A stretch of DNA of 64,000 nt, taken from contig OZ245817.1 in the NCBI GenBank assembly GCA_965228475.1, positions 1,184,001 to 1,248,000 of the forward strand, read 5' to 3'. The translations under genes were made by a program, and so were the position numbers. The DNA comes from Myxococcota bacterium (lineage in GTDB: Bacteria; Myxococcota_A; UBA9160; JAFDDA01). This document shows positions 1 through 14,485 of this stretch, piece by piece. Position 1 is the first letter of the stretch, and each line of letters begins with the position of its first letter. The notes beneath the pieces were generated by a model. The model was not told where the DNA came from, did not search any database, and saw nothing but the letters and a program-made list of their open reading frames with translations.

Positions 1-46
1 CCACGTCCACGGTCATGATGTTCGGAAAGCGCGCGTCGCTCGTCAT
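1..46 (-). CDS. 5' end (partial) of probable polysaccharide deacetylase, XrtA/PEP-CTERM-associated type
   Basis: Reverse strand from ATG at 46 reads MTSDARFPNIMTVDV and runs off the window. This resembles the N-x-x-TVDVED start of that family and fits the EPS context. Confidence 0.5.
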   Translation of the reverse strand, partial: MTSDARFPNIMTVDV

Positions 47-242
47 GGGTTCCTTGGGAGGCTCGTCGCGGGGCTGGTCCGCCTCAACCGTCCGCTTCCA
101 TCGGCCGAACAGGATACCGCCGAAAGGGCCGAGCGAACACGGGGTGGGGCCGCGCTTGGCGCACCGGCAGGCAGGCGGTAGCCTCCGCCGCCCGCGGCGC
201 GCGGGCTCGGAAGGTACGCACGACTTGCCGCCTGGAGGGGTC

Positions 243-1508
243 TTGGAGAAAGCCGGAACGCTCGACATCCTCGTCGTGAGCCAGTTCTTCTCCCCGGAGA
301 TGGGGGCGCCGGCGGCCCGCTTCCACGATTTCGGGAAGCTCCTCGTCGACCGCGGCCACCGCGTGACGGTCGTGACCGGCTTCCCGAACTCGCCTTCCGG
401 TGTGGTTCCCGAGGCCTACCGCGGGAAGTTGCGTCAGGAGGAGTGGATCGACGGCATCCGCGTGCTGCGCGGCTGGCTCTACGCCTCCCCGAAGCTCTCG
501 AAGATCACGAAGAGCCTCGGCTTCGGGAGCTTCGTGGCGAGTTCGTCGCTCTGGGCGCTGCTCGGCCGCTTCGACCCGGACGTCGTGATCGCCACCTCGC
601 CGCCGCCCACCGTCGGCATCGCGGGCTTCCTGGCTTCGCGCCGGCTGCGCAAGCCGCTGCTCTTCGACGTCCGGGACATCTGGCCCGAGGCGATCGTGGC
701 CTCGGGCCGCCTGAAGAGCGCGACCCTCGTCCGGACTCTCGAGGCCATCGAGCGGAAGATCTATGCCTCCTCGTCGGCCATCACGGTGGTGACCGAGGGC
801 AAGCGCGAGCGGTTGATCGAGAAGGGCGTCGCGGAGTCGAAGCTCGAGGTCATCCCGAACGGCGTGGATCTCGCCCGTTTCGAGCAGGTCGACCCCGAGG
901 GCGCGAAGATTCTCGCCGAGCACGGCGTCGACGCGGAGCGCTTCACGGTACTCTACGCGGGCATCTTCAACCCGCCCCAGGGGCTCGACATCCTGCTCGA
1001 CGCGGCGAAGGCCTTCGCGGCGGAGCCGCCGGCCAGGGGCCCGCGCCCGCAGTTCGTGCTCGTCGGCGGCGGGGCGGAGCGCGAGCGGCTCGTGGCGCGG
1101 GTTCGCGACGAAGGGCTCGCCGGCGAGGTCGTCTTCGTTCCCGAACAGCCGCGCGAGCGCATCCCCGGCTTCCTGCAGGCGGCCGACACCGTCGCGGTCA
1201 CGCTCCGGCCGCGCCGCGACACCCACACCGTCCCCTCGAAGATCTACGAAGCCATGGCGAGCGGGAACCCGATCCTGCTCTCGGCGGACGGCGCGCCGGC
1301 CGAGATCGTGCGGGCGTCCGAGGGGGGCCTCGCGAGCCCGGCGGGAGACTGCGAAGCGCTGTGCGCGAACGTGCGCCGTCTGCTCGAGGACCCGGCCGAA
1401 GCGGCGTCCCTCGGCGAACGCGCCCGGGCCTTCGCCGCCCACCACGACCGGCGTCACCTCGTCGACCGCTTCGAAGCGCTGCTCCTGCGGGTCGCCGGCC
1501 AGGCCTGA
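243..1508 (+). CDS. GT4 family glycosyltransferase (WbuB-like)
   Basis: Motifs VSQFFSPEMGAPAAR, FDVRDIWPE, IPNGVD and PSKIYEAMASG. The TTG at 243 follows GGAGGGG, so the ORF-track start at 15 is probably too early. Confidence 0.9.
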   Translation: MEKAGTLDILVVSQFFSPEMGAPAARFHDFGKLLVDRGHRVTVVTGFPNSPSGVVPEAYRGKLRQEEWIDGIRVLRGWLYASPKLSKITKSLGFGSFVASSSLWALLGRFDPDVVIATSPPPTVGIAGFLASRRLRKPLLFDVRDIWPEAIVASGRLKSATLVRTLEAIERKIYASSSAITVVTEGKRERLIEKGVAESKLEVIPNGVDLARFEQVDPEGAKILAEHGVDAERFTVLYAGIFNPPQGLDILLDAAKAFAAEPPARGPRPQFVLVGGGAERERLVARVRDEGLAGEVVFVPEQPRERIPGFLQAADTVAVTLRPRRDTHTVPSKIYEAMASGNPILLSADGAPAEIVRASEGGLASPAGDCEALCANVRRLLEDPAEAASLGERARAFAAHHDRRHLVDRFEALLLRVAGQA

Positions 1509-1515
1509 CCGGCCG

Positions 1516-2742
1516 CTAGCCCTTCTCGCCCCGCACGAAGGCGAGGTACTTCCAGAGCGTGTTGATCGGGTACCCGACGAGCGTGCCCGGATCCTTCAGG
1601 GAGAGCACCGCGTAGTCCTTCTTGCGCGGGTCGACGACCGTGCGCAGGAAGTCCGGCCAGGAGAGGTCGCCGCTCTTCTTGAAGTGCCAGCCCGAGACGA
1701 GATCCCGAACGAGGAGCTGCCAGCGGACGTCGTCGTCCTGGCAGTTGCGGTGCACGGGGTTCGGCTGCCCGATGAGGTCGCAGTAGGCGTCCCAGAGCAC
1801 GTCGACGCCGGCGGCCCGGGTGAGCGAGTACCAGAGCGTCGGGCGCGGGTTCAGCTCGATGAGCTTCCACTTCGAATCCGCAGGGTCCCACTTGTACTCG
1901 GTGCCGCAGACGCCGCGGTAGCCGGCCTTGCGCACGAGCTCCGTCGAGATGCGGGCGATCTCCTCGTTCCAGCTCGCCTCCATGTAGGAGCCCGAGCCGA
2001 ACCACGGCGGGTATTGGCGCGTCTTGCAGGCGGTGAAGAGCGATCGCACCTCGAGCTCCGCGTCGACGTAGAGCGCTCCGACGAAGATGTTCGCTTCGGG
2101 CCCGACGATGACTTCCTGGAGCACCGAGTCCGTGCCCCAATCGTGGAGCTGCTGCCACCAGTGGACCAGCGAGTCGGCGTCGTTCACCTCGACGAGCTTC
2201 TGGCCGCCGAGCTGGCGCCGCACGAGGTGCGCGACTTCGGGCTTCACGATGGCCGGGTAGCGGATCTCGCGGGCCGCCTCGGCCGCCTCCTCGGCGTTGG
2301 CCGGGAAGTAGGTCTTCGGCATGTCGATGCCGAGCTGCTGGAAGTGCTCGTAGCAGCTTCGCTTGTTCACGAGCCGCGAGACGCCCTCGGGGCGCATGGA
2401 CTCCGGCAGGATGAAGTGCTCGCGCAGGGCTTCGTGGTGGTCGGCGACCCAGTCCATGTACGGGTCGCCGGCGATGAAGAGCACGGGCTTGGTGGCCTGA
2501 CCCCGGCCGAAGGCGAGCAGTTCCCGGAGGAGCGCCGGGCCGTGAGGCAGGTAGGCGAAGCGGGGGTCGCGCCGGAACCAGCGCGAGTAGTGGCCGATCT
2601 CGCGCCGCTCGGAATCGACGCCGTAGACGGCGACGCCGCGCGGTGCGAGGGAGCGCGCCACGGCGAGGCCGGTCGGCGAAACCGTGAGGACGACCGCGGC
2701 GGGCAGGTCCGCCCGGGCGGGAAGCGAAGATCCTTCGGACAT
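1516..2742 (-). CDS. ATP-grasp carboxylate-amine ligase (D-aspartate ligase-like)
   Basis: ATP-grasp motifs YPAIVKP, LQEVIVG, CKTRQYPP, GTEYKWD and KLIELNPR. Confidence 0.8.
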   Translation of the reverse strand: MSEGSSLPARADLPAAVVLTVSPTGLAVARSLAPRGVAVYGVDSERREIGHYSRWFRRDPRFAYLPHGPALLRELLAFGRGQATKPVLFIAGDPYMDWVADHHEALREHFILPESMRPEGVSRLVNKRSCYEHFQQLGIDMPKTYFPANAEEAAEAAREIRYPAIVKPEVAHLVRRQLGGQKLVEVNDADSLVHWWQQLHDWGTDSVLQEVIVGPEANIFVGALYVDAELEVRSLFTACKTRQYPPWFGSGSYMEASWNEEIARISTELVRKAGYRGVCGTEYKWDPADSKWKLIELNPRPTLWYSLTRAAGVDVLWDAYCDLIGQPNPVHRNCQDDDVRWQLLVRDLVSGWHFKKSGDLSWPDFLRTVVDPRKKDYAVLSLKDPGTLVGYPINTLWKYLAFVRGEKG

Positions 2743-2761
2743 GGGAGCCGGAGTCTACCGG

Positions 2762-4204
<1,443 letters not shown>

Positions 4205-4208
4205 GCGG

Positions 4209-5387
4209 CTAGGACTCCTGCTTCGTCGGCTCGGCTTCGGCAGCGGCGTTTCTCGGCTCGGCTTCCGCAGCGTTTCCGGCGGGCGAGGCCGCCGGCAGTG
4301 TGAACCAGAATCGGGCGCCCCCGGCCTCGGAGTCGGTGACGCCGATCACGCCGCCGTGGGCCTCGACGACGCGGCGGCAGATTGCCAGGCCGAGCCCCAG
4401 GCCCCCGGCCTTGCTGCGTTCCCCGGCCCGGACGTAGCGCTCGAAGATCCGCTCCCGGTCCTCGGGGGCCACGCCGGGGCCGTCGTCGCTGACGCTGACC
4501 TCGACGAAAGCGGCGTCCTCGGGCCAGGCCCGGCAGCGGATGGCCAGGCTCCCCTCGGGGGGCGCGTACTTCGTGGCGTTCTCGAGCAGGTTCGTCAGCA
4601 CCTGTTCGACCCGCACCGGGTCGAACCGGGCGGGCGGGGTCTCGGCGTCGGTCGAGAGCACGGGGGCGAGGCCGGCCTCGTCGAGGATCGGCTTCAGGGA
4701 GGCGAGGACGCTCGCAATGGTGACCTCGACGGGCGCTTCCTTCACCTGGAGCGGCGCGTCGGTGCGGGCGTCGCGCGAGTCGACCAGCAGGTTCGAGATG
4801 AAGTTGTTGAGGCGGCGGCAGCTGCGAAGGCTCTCCTCGAGGAAGCCGCGCTGCTCTTCGTTCAGGCTTCCGACCCGTTCCGAGAGCAGGAGCCGCGCGT
4901 AGCCCGAGACCACCGTCACCGGCGTGCGCAGCTCGTGGCTCACGACGTTCAGGACTTCGTCGAGATCGGTGCGCTGGCGCGTGGCCCGCGCGCGCAGGGC
5001 TTCGAGCTCGAGGTTCGCATCGCGCAGGGCGCGGCCGAGGCCGAGCACTTCGCTCTCGAGCCCGCTCGCGCGCGAGAGGTCGCGGAAGATCCAGGTGGCG
5101 TCGCTCGGGTCGTCGCCGCAGTGGCAGAGGGCGCGCACGACCGTGCCGTGGGGCCCGATGCGCGTCTCGCCGTCGGGCTCGAGCGGAGGTTCGCCGTCGA
5201 GCACGAGGGACTCCGGCGTTCGCCCCACGAGCGACTCCGCGAGCACCCCCGCGAGTTCGCCCAGCCGTTCGTTCGCCCACAGGATCCGGCCGCCGCGCAC
5301 GACGGCCAGGCCGTCCGAGAGGGCGTCCGCGAGATCCGCGAGGCCTTCGAGGACGGCAGGCTCGCGCTTGTTCGGGGCTTCGGACAT
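4209..5387 (-). CDS. PAS-like sensor histidine kinase
   Basis: H-box SHELRTP, N-box NLLENATKY, G1 SDDGPG and G2 GLGLGLAIC. It lies immediately upstream of the response regulator. Start at ATG 5387 is chosen; 5414 is an alternative. Confidence 0.9.
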   Translation of the reverse strand: MSEAPNKREPAVLEGLADLADALSDGLAVVRGGRILWANERLGELAGVLAESLVGRTPESLVLDGEPPLEPDGETRIGPHGTVVRALCHCGDDPSDATWIFRDLSRASGLESEVLGLGRALRDANLELEALRARATRQRTDLDEVLNVVSHELRTPVTVVSGYARLLLSERVGSLNEEQRGFLEESLRSCRRLNNFISNLLVDSRDARTDAPLQVKEAPVEVTIASVLASLKPILDEAGLAPVLSTDAETPPARFDPVRVEQVLTNLLENATKYAPPEGSLAIRCRAWPEDAAFVEVSVSDDGPGVAPEDRERIFERYVRAGERSKAGGLGLGLAICRRVVEAHGGVIGVTDSEAGGARFWFTLPAASPAGNAAEAEPRNAAAEAEPTKQES

Positions 5388-5476
5388 GCTTCTCCGCGGG
5401 TCGGCCGAGTCCACTTCTGCGCCCTCTGGTATGTTCCCCCGAGCGGGAACGCGGTCGCAGGCGTGGGATTTTCAGA

Positions 5477-5530
5477 CTGCGCTCGTCGCAGTGGGTCGCG
5501 TTCTCAGGCTGCGCTCGTCGCAGTGGGTCG
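5477..5530. repeat. Two copies of 22-bp CTGCGCTCGTCGCAGTGGGTCG (period 32 bp), each containing the palindrome CTGCG-N5-CGCAG
   Basis: Copies read directly at 5477-5498 and 5509-5530, in the divergent intergenic region between the kinase and ligA. Confidence 0.85.
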
Positions 5531-5562
5531 GTTTCTCATCGCCGGACCCTGCGTGAACTTGA

Positions 5563-8783
<3,221 letters not shown>

Positions 8784-8917
8784 CGTGCGGGCACTCCTGG
8801 CGAATCGAACACGGTTCGGCGGGGCAGGCCGAGAGGGCGGTCCCGCGGGGGCCAGAGCCTACAGGATCGTCCGAATCCTCCAACCCCTTGAATTGCTTGC
8901 TTTTCCCCTCAATCGGT

Positions 8918-8994
8918 GGGAAAATTCCTTCCCCCAGGGAAGAATCTTTCCCTGGGTGGGAAGCCCGGTTCCCGCCAAGAGAAGAAAAACTCCC
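8918..8994. promoter_or_regulatory. Array of four GGGAA-N6-TTCCC palindromes, putative activator (enhancer) sites
   Basis: GGGAAAATTCCTTCCC 8918-8933, GGGAAGAATCTTTCCC 8937-8952, GGGAAGCCCGGTTCCC 8958-8973 and GAGAAGAAAAACTCCC 8979-8994, in the AT-richer region between wecB and the EPS operon. Confidence 0.75.
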
Positions 8995-9181
8995 AATTTG
9001 GGTACTCAAGTCGTAACACGCGAAGGTTCGAAACGGGCACTACACCGGCGGACCCCGGGTTTGTGACGGCCGGTTGCGTATCGGCACTTTTCGGCCAGAT
9101 GGGGCCGGGCACGAACGAACGAGCAGCGCGAGGGCGTTGACCGAACGAGCTGCGCGAGGGCGTAGAGGAAGGCAGGTGCGG

Positions 9182-10609
9182 ATGGCAGGTCGCTGCCGCG
9201 TAATGGTGATCGACGACGACCCGGGCCTCCGGGAATACATGGAGGCCCTGATCACGCGTCAGGGTTACGACGTGGTCGCCGTCGGCGGGGGCGAAGAAGC
9301 GCTTCGCGTGCTCGACGACGCACGCCCGGACCTCATCACCCTCGACGTGATCCTGCCGGGGATGGACGGTCTCGAAACCCTCACGGAACTGAAACAGCGC
9401 GTGCCCAAGGTCCCGGTCATCATGATCTCGGGCCACGGCCAGGCGCGCACCATCGTCGAGGCCATGCGGCTCGGCGCGACGGACTTCCTGCGAAAACCCT
9501 TCGAGGCGGAGGAGCTCGAGCTGTCCTTCCAGAAGGCCCTCGAGAAGCGCGCCCTCAAGGCCGAGGTCGAAGAGCTCCGCAGCCGCGCGCGCACGGAATC
9601 CGAGATGCTGCTGCTCGCGGGGGACACGCCCAAGATGCGCGAGGTCCGCGACATCCTCGAGCAGGTCGCGGATACGGACATCACCGTGCTGATCCGCGGG
9701 CCGAGCGGGACCGGCAAGGAGGTCGTCGCGCGTTCGCTCTTCCAGCTCTCGACCCGGCGCGAGAAGCCCTTCGTCAAGGTGAACTGCGCGGCGCTGCCCT
9801 CGGAGCTCCTCGAGAGCGAGCTCTTCGGCTTCGAGAAGGGCGCCTTCACGGGTGCGCAGAAGCGGAAGCTCGGAAAGTTCGAGTACGCCAACGGCGGGAC
9901 CATTTTCCTGGACGAGATCAGCGAGATGCACCCGAGCCTCCAGGCGAAGCTCCTGCAGGTGCTCCAGGACGGCGAGTTCTCGCGCCTGGGCGGGCAGGGC
10001 GACGTCAAGGTCGACACGCGCATCCTCGCGGCCACCAATCGCGATCTCGAGCAGTCGGTGAAGGACGGGACCTTCCGGGAGGACCTCTACTACCGCCTGA
10101 ACGTGGTCACGGTCTCCATCCCGCCCCTGCGCGAGCGGACCGACGCGATTCCGCTGCTTTCGGACTACTTCCTGCACCGCTACGGGGAGCAGTACGGCAA
10201 GGACGCCAAGAGCCTCTCGAAGGAGGCCATGGACGTCTTCATGGAGTACGCCTGGCCTGGCAACGTCCGCGAACTCGAGAACATGGTGAAGCGGATCGTG
10301 GTGCTCGGCAGCGAGATGACCGTTCTCGACGAGATCAAGAACCGGAAAAACCCCGAGGACGACGTCGTGGGTTCCGACGAGTCGGACCCGATCGATCTCG
10401 GCGCGATCGGGGCCGAGATCGCCGACGGGAACGGAATCGACCTGAAAGCCATCTCTAAGAAGGCCGCCCAGGTCGCCGAAAAGAAGGTGATCGAACGCGT
10501 TCTGCAGCAGACCCGCTGGAATCGGAAGGAAGCGGCCGAGCGGTTACGGATCAGCTACAAGGCGCTGCTCTACAAAATGAAGGAGAACGGGCTCAGCGAA
10601 AGCGCCTGA
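9182..10609 (+). CDS. Sigma54-dependent response regulator (NtrC family) heading the EPS export operon
   Basis: REC domain, GPSGTGKE, GAFTGA and HTH TRWNRKEAAERLRISYKALLYK. Start at ATG 9182 is chosen. Confidence 0.95.
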   Translation: MAGRCRVMVIDDDPGLREYMEALITRQGYDVVAVGGGEEALRVLDDARPDLITLDVILPGMDGLETLTELKQRVPKVPVIMISGHGQARTIVEAMRLGATDFLRKPFEAEELELSFQKALEKRALKAEVEELRSRARTESEMLLLAGDTPKMREVRDILEQVADTDITVLIRGPSGTGKEVVARSLFQLSTRREKPFVKVNCAALPSELLESELFGFEKGAFTGAQKRKLGKFEYANGGTIFLDEISEMHPSLQAKLLQVLQDGEFSRLGGQGDVKVDTRILAATNRDLEQSVKDGTFREDLYYRLNVVTVSIPPLRERTDAIPLLSDYFLHRYGEQYGKDAKSLSKEAMDVFMEYAWPGNVRELENMVKRIVVLGSEMTVLDEIKNRKNPEDDVVGSDESDPIDLGAIGAEIADGNGIDLKAISKKAAQVAEKKVIERVLQQTRWNRKEAAERLRISYKALLYKMKENGLSESA

Positions 10610-10628
10610 GCTCTGGAGGGAACTACGC

Positions 10629-11273
10629 ATGGCTTCGGTTCGGGGAGCACGAAAGATCGTTTTCGTCGCCGCTTGCACGGCGGTCGGGCTGTCACTGGGG
10701 GGTTGTGCCTACCTCCCGTCCTTCATGGGCGGGAGCTCGCGCTCCGTTTCGCCGCCGCCCGGGGACCCGGTCGCGCTCGACCGGGACAACTACGTGATCG
10801 GCGCCCAGGACCGGCTGAACATCGTCGTCTGGAAGAACCCGGAGCTCTCGACCACCGTGCCCGTCCGGCCGGACGGCCGAGTCTCCGTGCCGCTGGTCGA
10901 CGACGTCCAGGCCGCCGGCCTCACCACGGCGGAGCTGAAGCTCGTGCTGGCGGAGAAGCTCTCGGAGTTCGTGAAGAACCCCGAGGTCACCGTGATCGTC
11001 ACCGAGATCAACAGCAAGCGGATCTACCTGATGGGGGGGCTCGCGCGCCCCTCGGCCGTTCCGCTCACCCAGGACATGCGCGTGCTCGACGCGATCGCCC
11101 TCGCCGGTGGCTTCACCACCTTCGCCCGCAAGGGCGACGTCAAGGTGCTGCGGCGTGAGCCGGATGGCCTGAAGGAGTACCGCTTCGACTACGACGCCTT
11201 CCTCGATGGGCGCGCCGACATCGAGACCAACTTCCTCCTCCACCCCGGCGACACCATCGTCGTCCCGGACTAG
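10629..11273 (+). CDS. Short polysaccharide export (OPX/Wza-like) lipoprotein
   Basis: Lipobox LGGC, Poly_export motif YVIGAQDRL..VRPDGRVSVPLV, and an SLBB domain ending LHPGDTIVVP. No C-terminal OM helix. Confidence 0.9.
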   Translation: MASVRGARKIVFVAACTAVGLSLGGCAYLPSFMGGSSRSVSPPPGDPVALDRDNYVIGAQDRLNIVVWKNPELSTTVPVRPDGRVSVPLVDDVQAAGLTTAELKLVLAEKLSEFVKNPEVTVIVTEINSKRIYLMGGLARPSAVPLTQDMRVLDAIALAGGFTTFARKGDVKVLRREPDGLKEYRFDYDAFLDGRADIETNFLLHPGDTIVVPD

Positions 11274-11290
11274 GGCGGCGCCATCGTTCC

Positions 11291-12814
11291 ATGCGGAAGG
11301 CACTTCTGTTCACGACGATTCTTCTCGCCGCCATCGCCAGGCCCGTCCTCGGCGATACGGTCCAGTTCGGCATTCGGGCCCAGACCGAATTCGACATCGA
11401 GGACACCGAGAACGAATCGGACACGATCACGCAGGCGGGTCCGACGATTCGTTTCCAAGGGGATGGTCGGCGGTACACCTACGATTTGCGTCACGACTCG
11501 TCGTTCGAGAAGTACGCGCGGGACGAGCGGCGCAACGACTGGGAACACCGCACGAACTTCCGCGGTACCTGGGTTCCCACGTCGCGATGGAGTGCGACCT
11601 TCACGAACAACTTCAGCCGCCTCTCTTCGCTGCGATCCTCCGAGCAGGATCTGTCCGACGTCGATTCCGTGGTCGAGGCCGAGTTCGACTTCGAGACCGA
11701 GGCGATCACCACCAACAGCTTCACTGCCCAGCTCCAGGGGCAGCACACGCCGCGGTTTTCGACGGTGTCGACCCTGTCCCATTTCTACAGGGACCCGGAG
11801 AACGAAGGGGACGGGCGGCAGAAGATCGACTCCGTGACGCTCGTCAACTCGGGCTCGTACCAGGTCTTCAGCGATCACCGGTTTGGCATCGGCCACCGTT
11901 TCAGGTCGCTCGAATCGAGCACCGAGAGCTTCGAGCGAACCACGAGGACGAACGAGATCTTCTTCACCTGGAACTGGCAGATCGACGCTCGGACTTCCTT
12001 CTCCCTGCAAGCCGGCCCGGCCTTTGCCGAGGACGATCCTCAGGATCTCGACTTCCCCCAATTCGGAACCTTGCCCCAGGACAGCCGCTCCTTCGCCAAC
12101 CCGGATACGTGTCCCCCGGTGTTCCTGAGGAACGAGCTCGGGCAGGTCGAACGTTTCGCGATCCTGACGAGCTCGTGCAGGGCGGTCAATCAGGACCGGC
12201 TGACCCTGGCTCAGCGGGATCGGGTCCAGAGCTCCTCAGCGATCTTCCGGTTCGAGCGAGCTGATCTCGAGTCGGAGACGAACATCAACCCGTTCTTCAA
12301 TCTTTCCCTGACCCGGAACTTCGCCCGGGGGTCGGTGTTCGCGAGTTGGTCTCGGACCGATAGCCAGACTCAGAGCACCGGCTCGGAGACCATCCTCGAT
12401 ACGGTGAACGCGGGCGTTCGCTACCGGATCTCACCGCGCTGGAGCAGCTCGGTGACGTTCCGCTTCAGCCGCCGAACGACGGATTCCGACCGCGAGGTCC
12501 CTTTCGCCCTGTTGTCCTTCCAGGGGGATCCCAACGCTCTCGGCACAGGCCTGCTGGCGGCGCCGATCGTGGGCGCCGTGGACTTCGACCAAAGGCTCCT
12601 CTCCGAGGCCGACTTCTACGACCTCGAGTTCCGAACCAGCAGGGAGGTGGGCCGCTACTCCTCGGTCTTTTCTTCGCTCCGGCTTCGTCGCACGGCCTCC
12701 CATGTCGAGAGCGAATTCAACAACAGCGGGCTGACGTCGACACGGGAATCGAGTGAGAACGACTTCAGCATTCTCGTCGGTTTCAACTATCGCTTCCGCC
12801 CGATTCAGCTGTAG
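11291..12814 (+). CDS. Outer-membrane beta-barrel protein, probable polysaccharide channel
   Basis: Signal peptide, many alternating aromatic beta-strands and C-terminal VGFNYRF. Located between the OPX and co-polymerase genes. Confidence 0.7.
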   Translation: MRKALLFTTILLAAIARPVLGDTVQFGIRAQTEFDIEDTENESDTITQAGPTIRFQGDGRRYTYDLRHDSSFEKYARDERRNDWEHRTNFRGTWVPTSRWSATFTNNFSRLSSLRSSEQDLSDVDSVVEAEFDFETEAITTNSFTAQLQGQHTPRFSTVSTLSHFYRDPENEGDGRQKIDSVTLVNSGSYQVFSDHRFGIGHRFRSLESSTESFERTTRTNEIFFTWNWQIDARTSFSLQAGPAFAEDDPQDLDFPQFGTLPQDSRSFANPDTCPPVFLRNELGQVERFAILTSSCRAVNQDRLTLAQRDRVQSSSAIFRFERADLESETNINPFFNLSLTRNFARGSVFASWSRTDSQTQSTGSETILDTVNAGVRYRISPRWSSSVTFRFSRRTTDSDREVPFALLSFQGDPNALGTGLLAAPIVGAVDFDQRLLSEADFYDLEFRTSREVGRYSSVFSSLRLRRTASHVESEFNNSGLTSTRESSENDFSILVGFNYRFRPIQL

Positions 12815-12829
12815 GCGCTGGAGACCATC

Positions 12830-14452
12830 ATGAACGTCGAAGAAGGCTTCCAAATCAAAGACCTCGCGGGGATGGTCCGCCGTCGAATCGGCGTGGCCGC
12901 CGTCGTGGCCGGTGCCATCGCGCTCGTCGCCGTGGTGCTCGCGGCCTGGCTCCCGAACCGCTATCAGGCCTCGGCCACCGTGCTGGTCGAGCCCCAGGCG
13001 ATCTCCCAGCGGCTGATCGAATCCGGGCTCCAGGAAAGCGACCTGAACAAGCGCCTGAACATCATGACGGCGCAGATCCTCTCCCGACCTCGCCTCTCGC
13101 GCATCATCGACGACATGACGCTCTACGAAAAAGAGTCCGAGGAGATGACCCGCGAAGAGATCATCGAGATGATGCGCTCGAACATCCTGGTCGATCCGGT
13201 GATCCCGGAGCTCCAGGCCGAAGGCCCGCGGAACAAGGAGATCGAGATCAACACCTTCCGCATCAGCTTCTGGTCCGAGCAGGCGGGGACGGCAGCGGCC
13301 GTCGCGAATCGCCTGGCCCAGGACTTCATCGATCAACACATCCGGGAGCGGGTCCAGCTCTCGGGGGACACTTCGGAGCTCATCCAGGCCGAGCTCGAGC
13401 GGCTGACGGCCCGCATCCGGGAGATCGAGGACCAGATCGCCCAGGTGAAGGAGCAGAACACCGGAAGCCTGCCCTCGGACCTCCAGACGAGCCAGACCCA
13501 GCTCACGCGTCTGATGGATCGTCAGCAGGCGCTGCGGAACGAGATCTCGCTCGCCGAGAGCGATGCGGCCTTCTACGAGCAGCAGTCGCTCGTCGCGGCG
13601 GATGAAGCGCGCGTCGACGACCGGAACACGAACCCGACGCGTCGTCTCGATGCGCTCGAAATCTCGCTCGGCGCGCTGCGGGCGAAGGGCTTCACGGACA
13701 AGCATCCGGACATCATCAACGTGCTCTCCGAGATGGAAGAAGTGAAGCGCCTGATCGAGACCGAACAGAACACCGGCGACACGGAAGACGCCAAGCCCCA
13801 GAACCTGGCCCAGCAGACGGCTGCGGCCCAGGCGAATCGGGCCCGCCTGCGTGCGGACGCGGCGCGCTCGGAGCTCGGCCGGGTCCAGGCCCAGGAGGCC
13901 GAGATGCTCGACCGGGTGGCCCGGACGCCGCGGGTCGCCGAGCAGCTCGACGCGCTCCAGCGCGAGTGGGATCACCTGAGCCTCAAGTACCGTGAATTCA
14001 GCGACAAGCGGCTGCGCGCGGGCGTGGCCGCCGACGTCGAGCGGCGGCAGAAGGGCGAGCAGTTCCGCGTGATCGAATCCGCGGTGGCGCCCCTTCGGCC
14101 GACCTCGCCGAACCGCATCCTGATCCTGGCGATGGGCATCGTGCTCGGGCTGGCTTTCGGTGGCATGACCGGACTCCTGATCGAGAGCACCGACACCTCG
14201 TTCCACGGCGCACGCCAGCTCCAGAGCGCGCTGCGGATTCCGGTCCTCGCTGCCATCCCGGGGATCGTGCTCGAATCCGACCGCGCCGCGATGCGCCGAC
14301 GCATCTTCCGGAGGGGCCTCGTGGCGGCGAGCGTCGTCGGCCTCGTGCTGGGCAGCTCCCTCTTCGGATACTGGTGGACGAACATCGCCGGCAGCGGCCA
14401 GGCCGCCGAAACCCCCGCGGCCGCTACGGCGCCGGCGCAGCAGGGAGGCTAG
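12830..14452 (+). CDS. Polysaccharide co-polymerase / chain-length determinant (Wzz/GumC, Wzc N-terminal part)
   Basis: N-terminal TM plus YQASATVLV, coiled coil with FTDKHPD, and GEQFRVIESA..P..PTSPNR before the second TM. Confidence 0.9.
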   Translation: MNVEEGFQIKDLAGMVRRRIGVAAVVAGAIALVAVVLAAWLPNRYQASATVLVEPQAISQRLIESGLQESDLNKRLNIMTAQILSRPRLSRIIDDMTLYEKESEEMTREEIIEMMRSNILVDPVIPELQAEGPRNKEIEINTFRISFWSEQAGTAAAVANRLAQDFIDQHIRERVQLSGDTSELIQAELERLTARIREIEDQIAQVKEQNTGSLPSDLQTSQTQLTRLMDRQQALRNEISLAESDAAFYEQQSLVAADEARVDDRNTNPTRRLDALEISLGALRAKGFTDKHPDIINVLSEMEEVKRLIETEQNTGDTEDAKPQNLAQQTAAAQANRARLRADAARSELGRVQAQEAEMLDRVARTPRVAEQLDALQREWDHLSLKYREFSDKRLRAGVAADVERRQKGEQFRVIESAVAPLRPTSPNRILILAMGIVLGLAFGGMTGLLIESTDTSFHGARQLQSALRIPVLAAIPGIVLESDRAAMRRRIFRRGLVAASVVGLVLGSSLFGYWWTNIAGSGQAAETPAAATAPAQQGG

Positions 14453-14485
14453 GCAGCGCCACCGGGCGTCTGCACGGAAGACGAG

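Noticed and set aside
5477..5530. Possible mini CRISPR array
   Set aside because: Only two repeats with a 10-bp spacer, and no cas genes.
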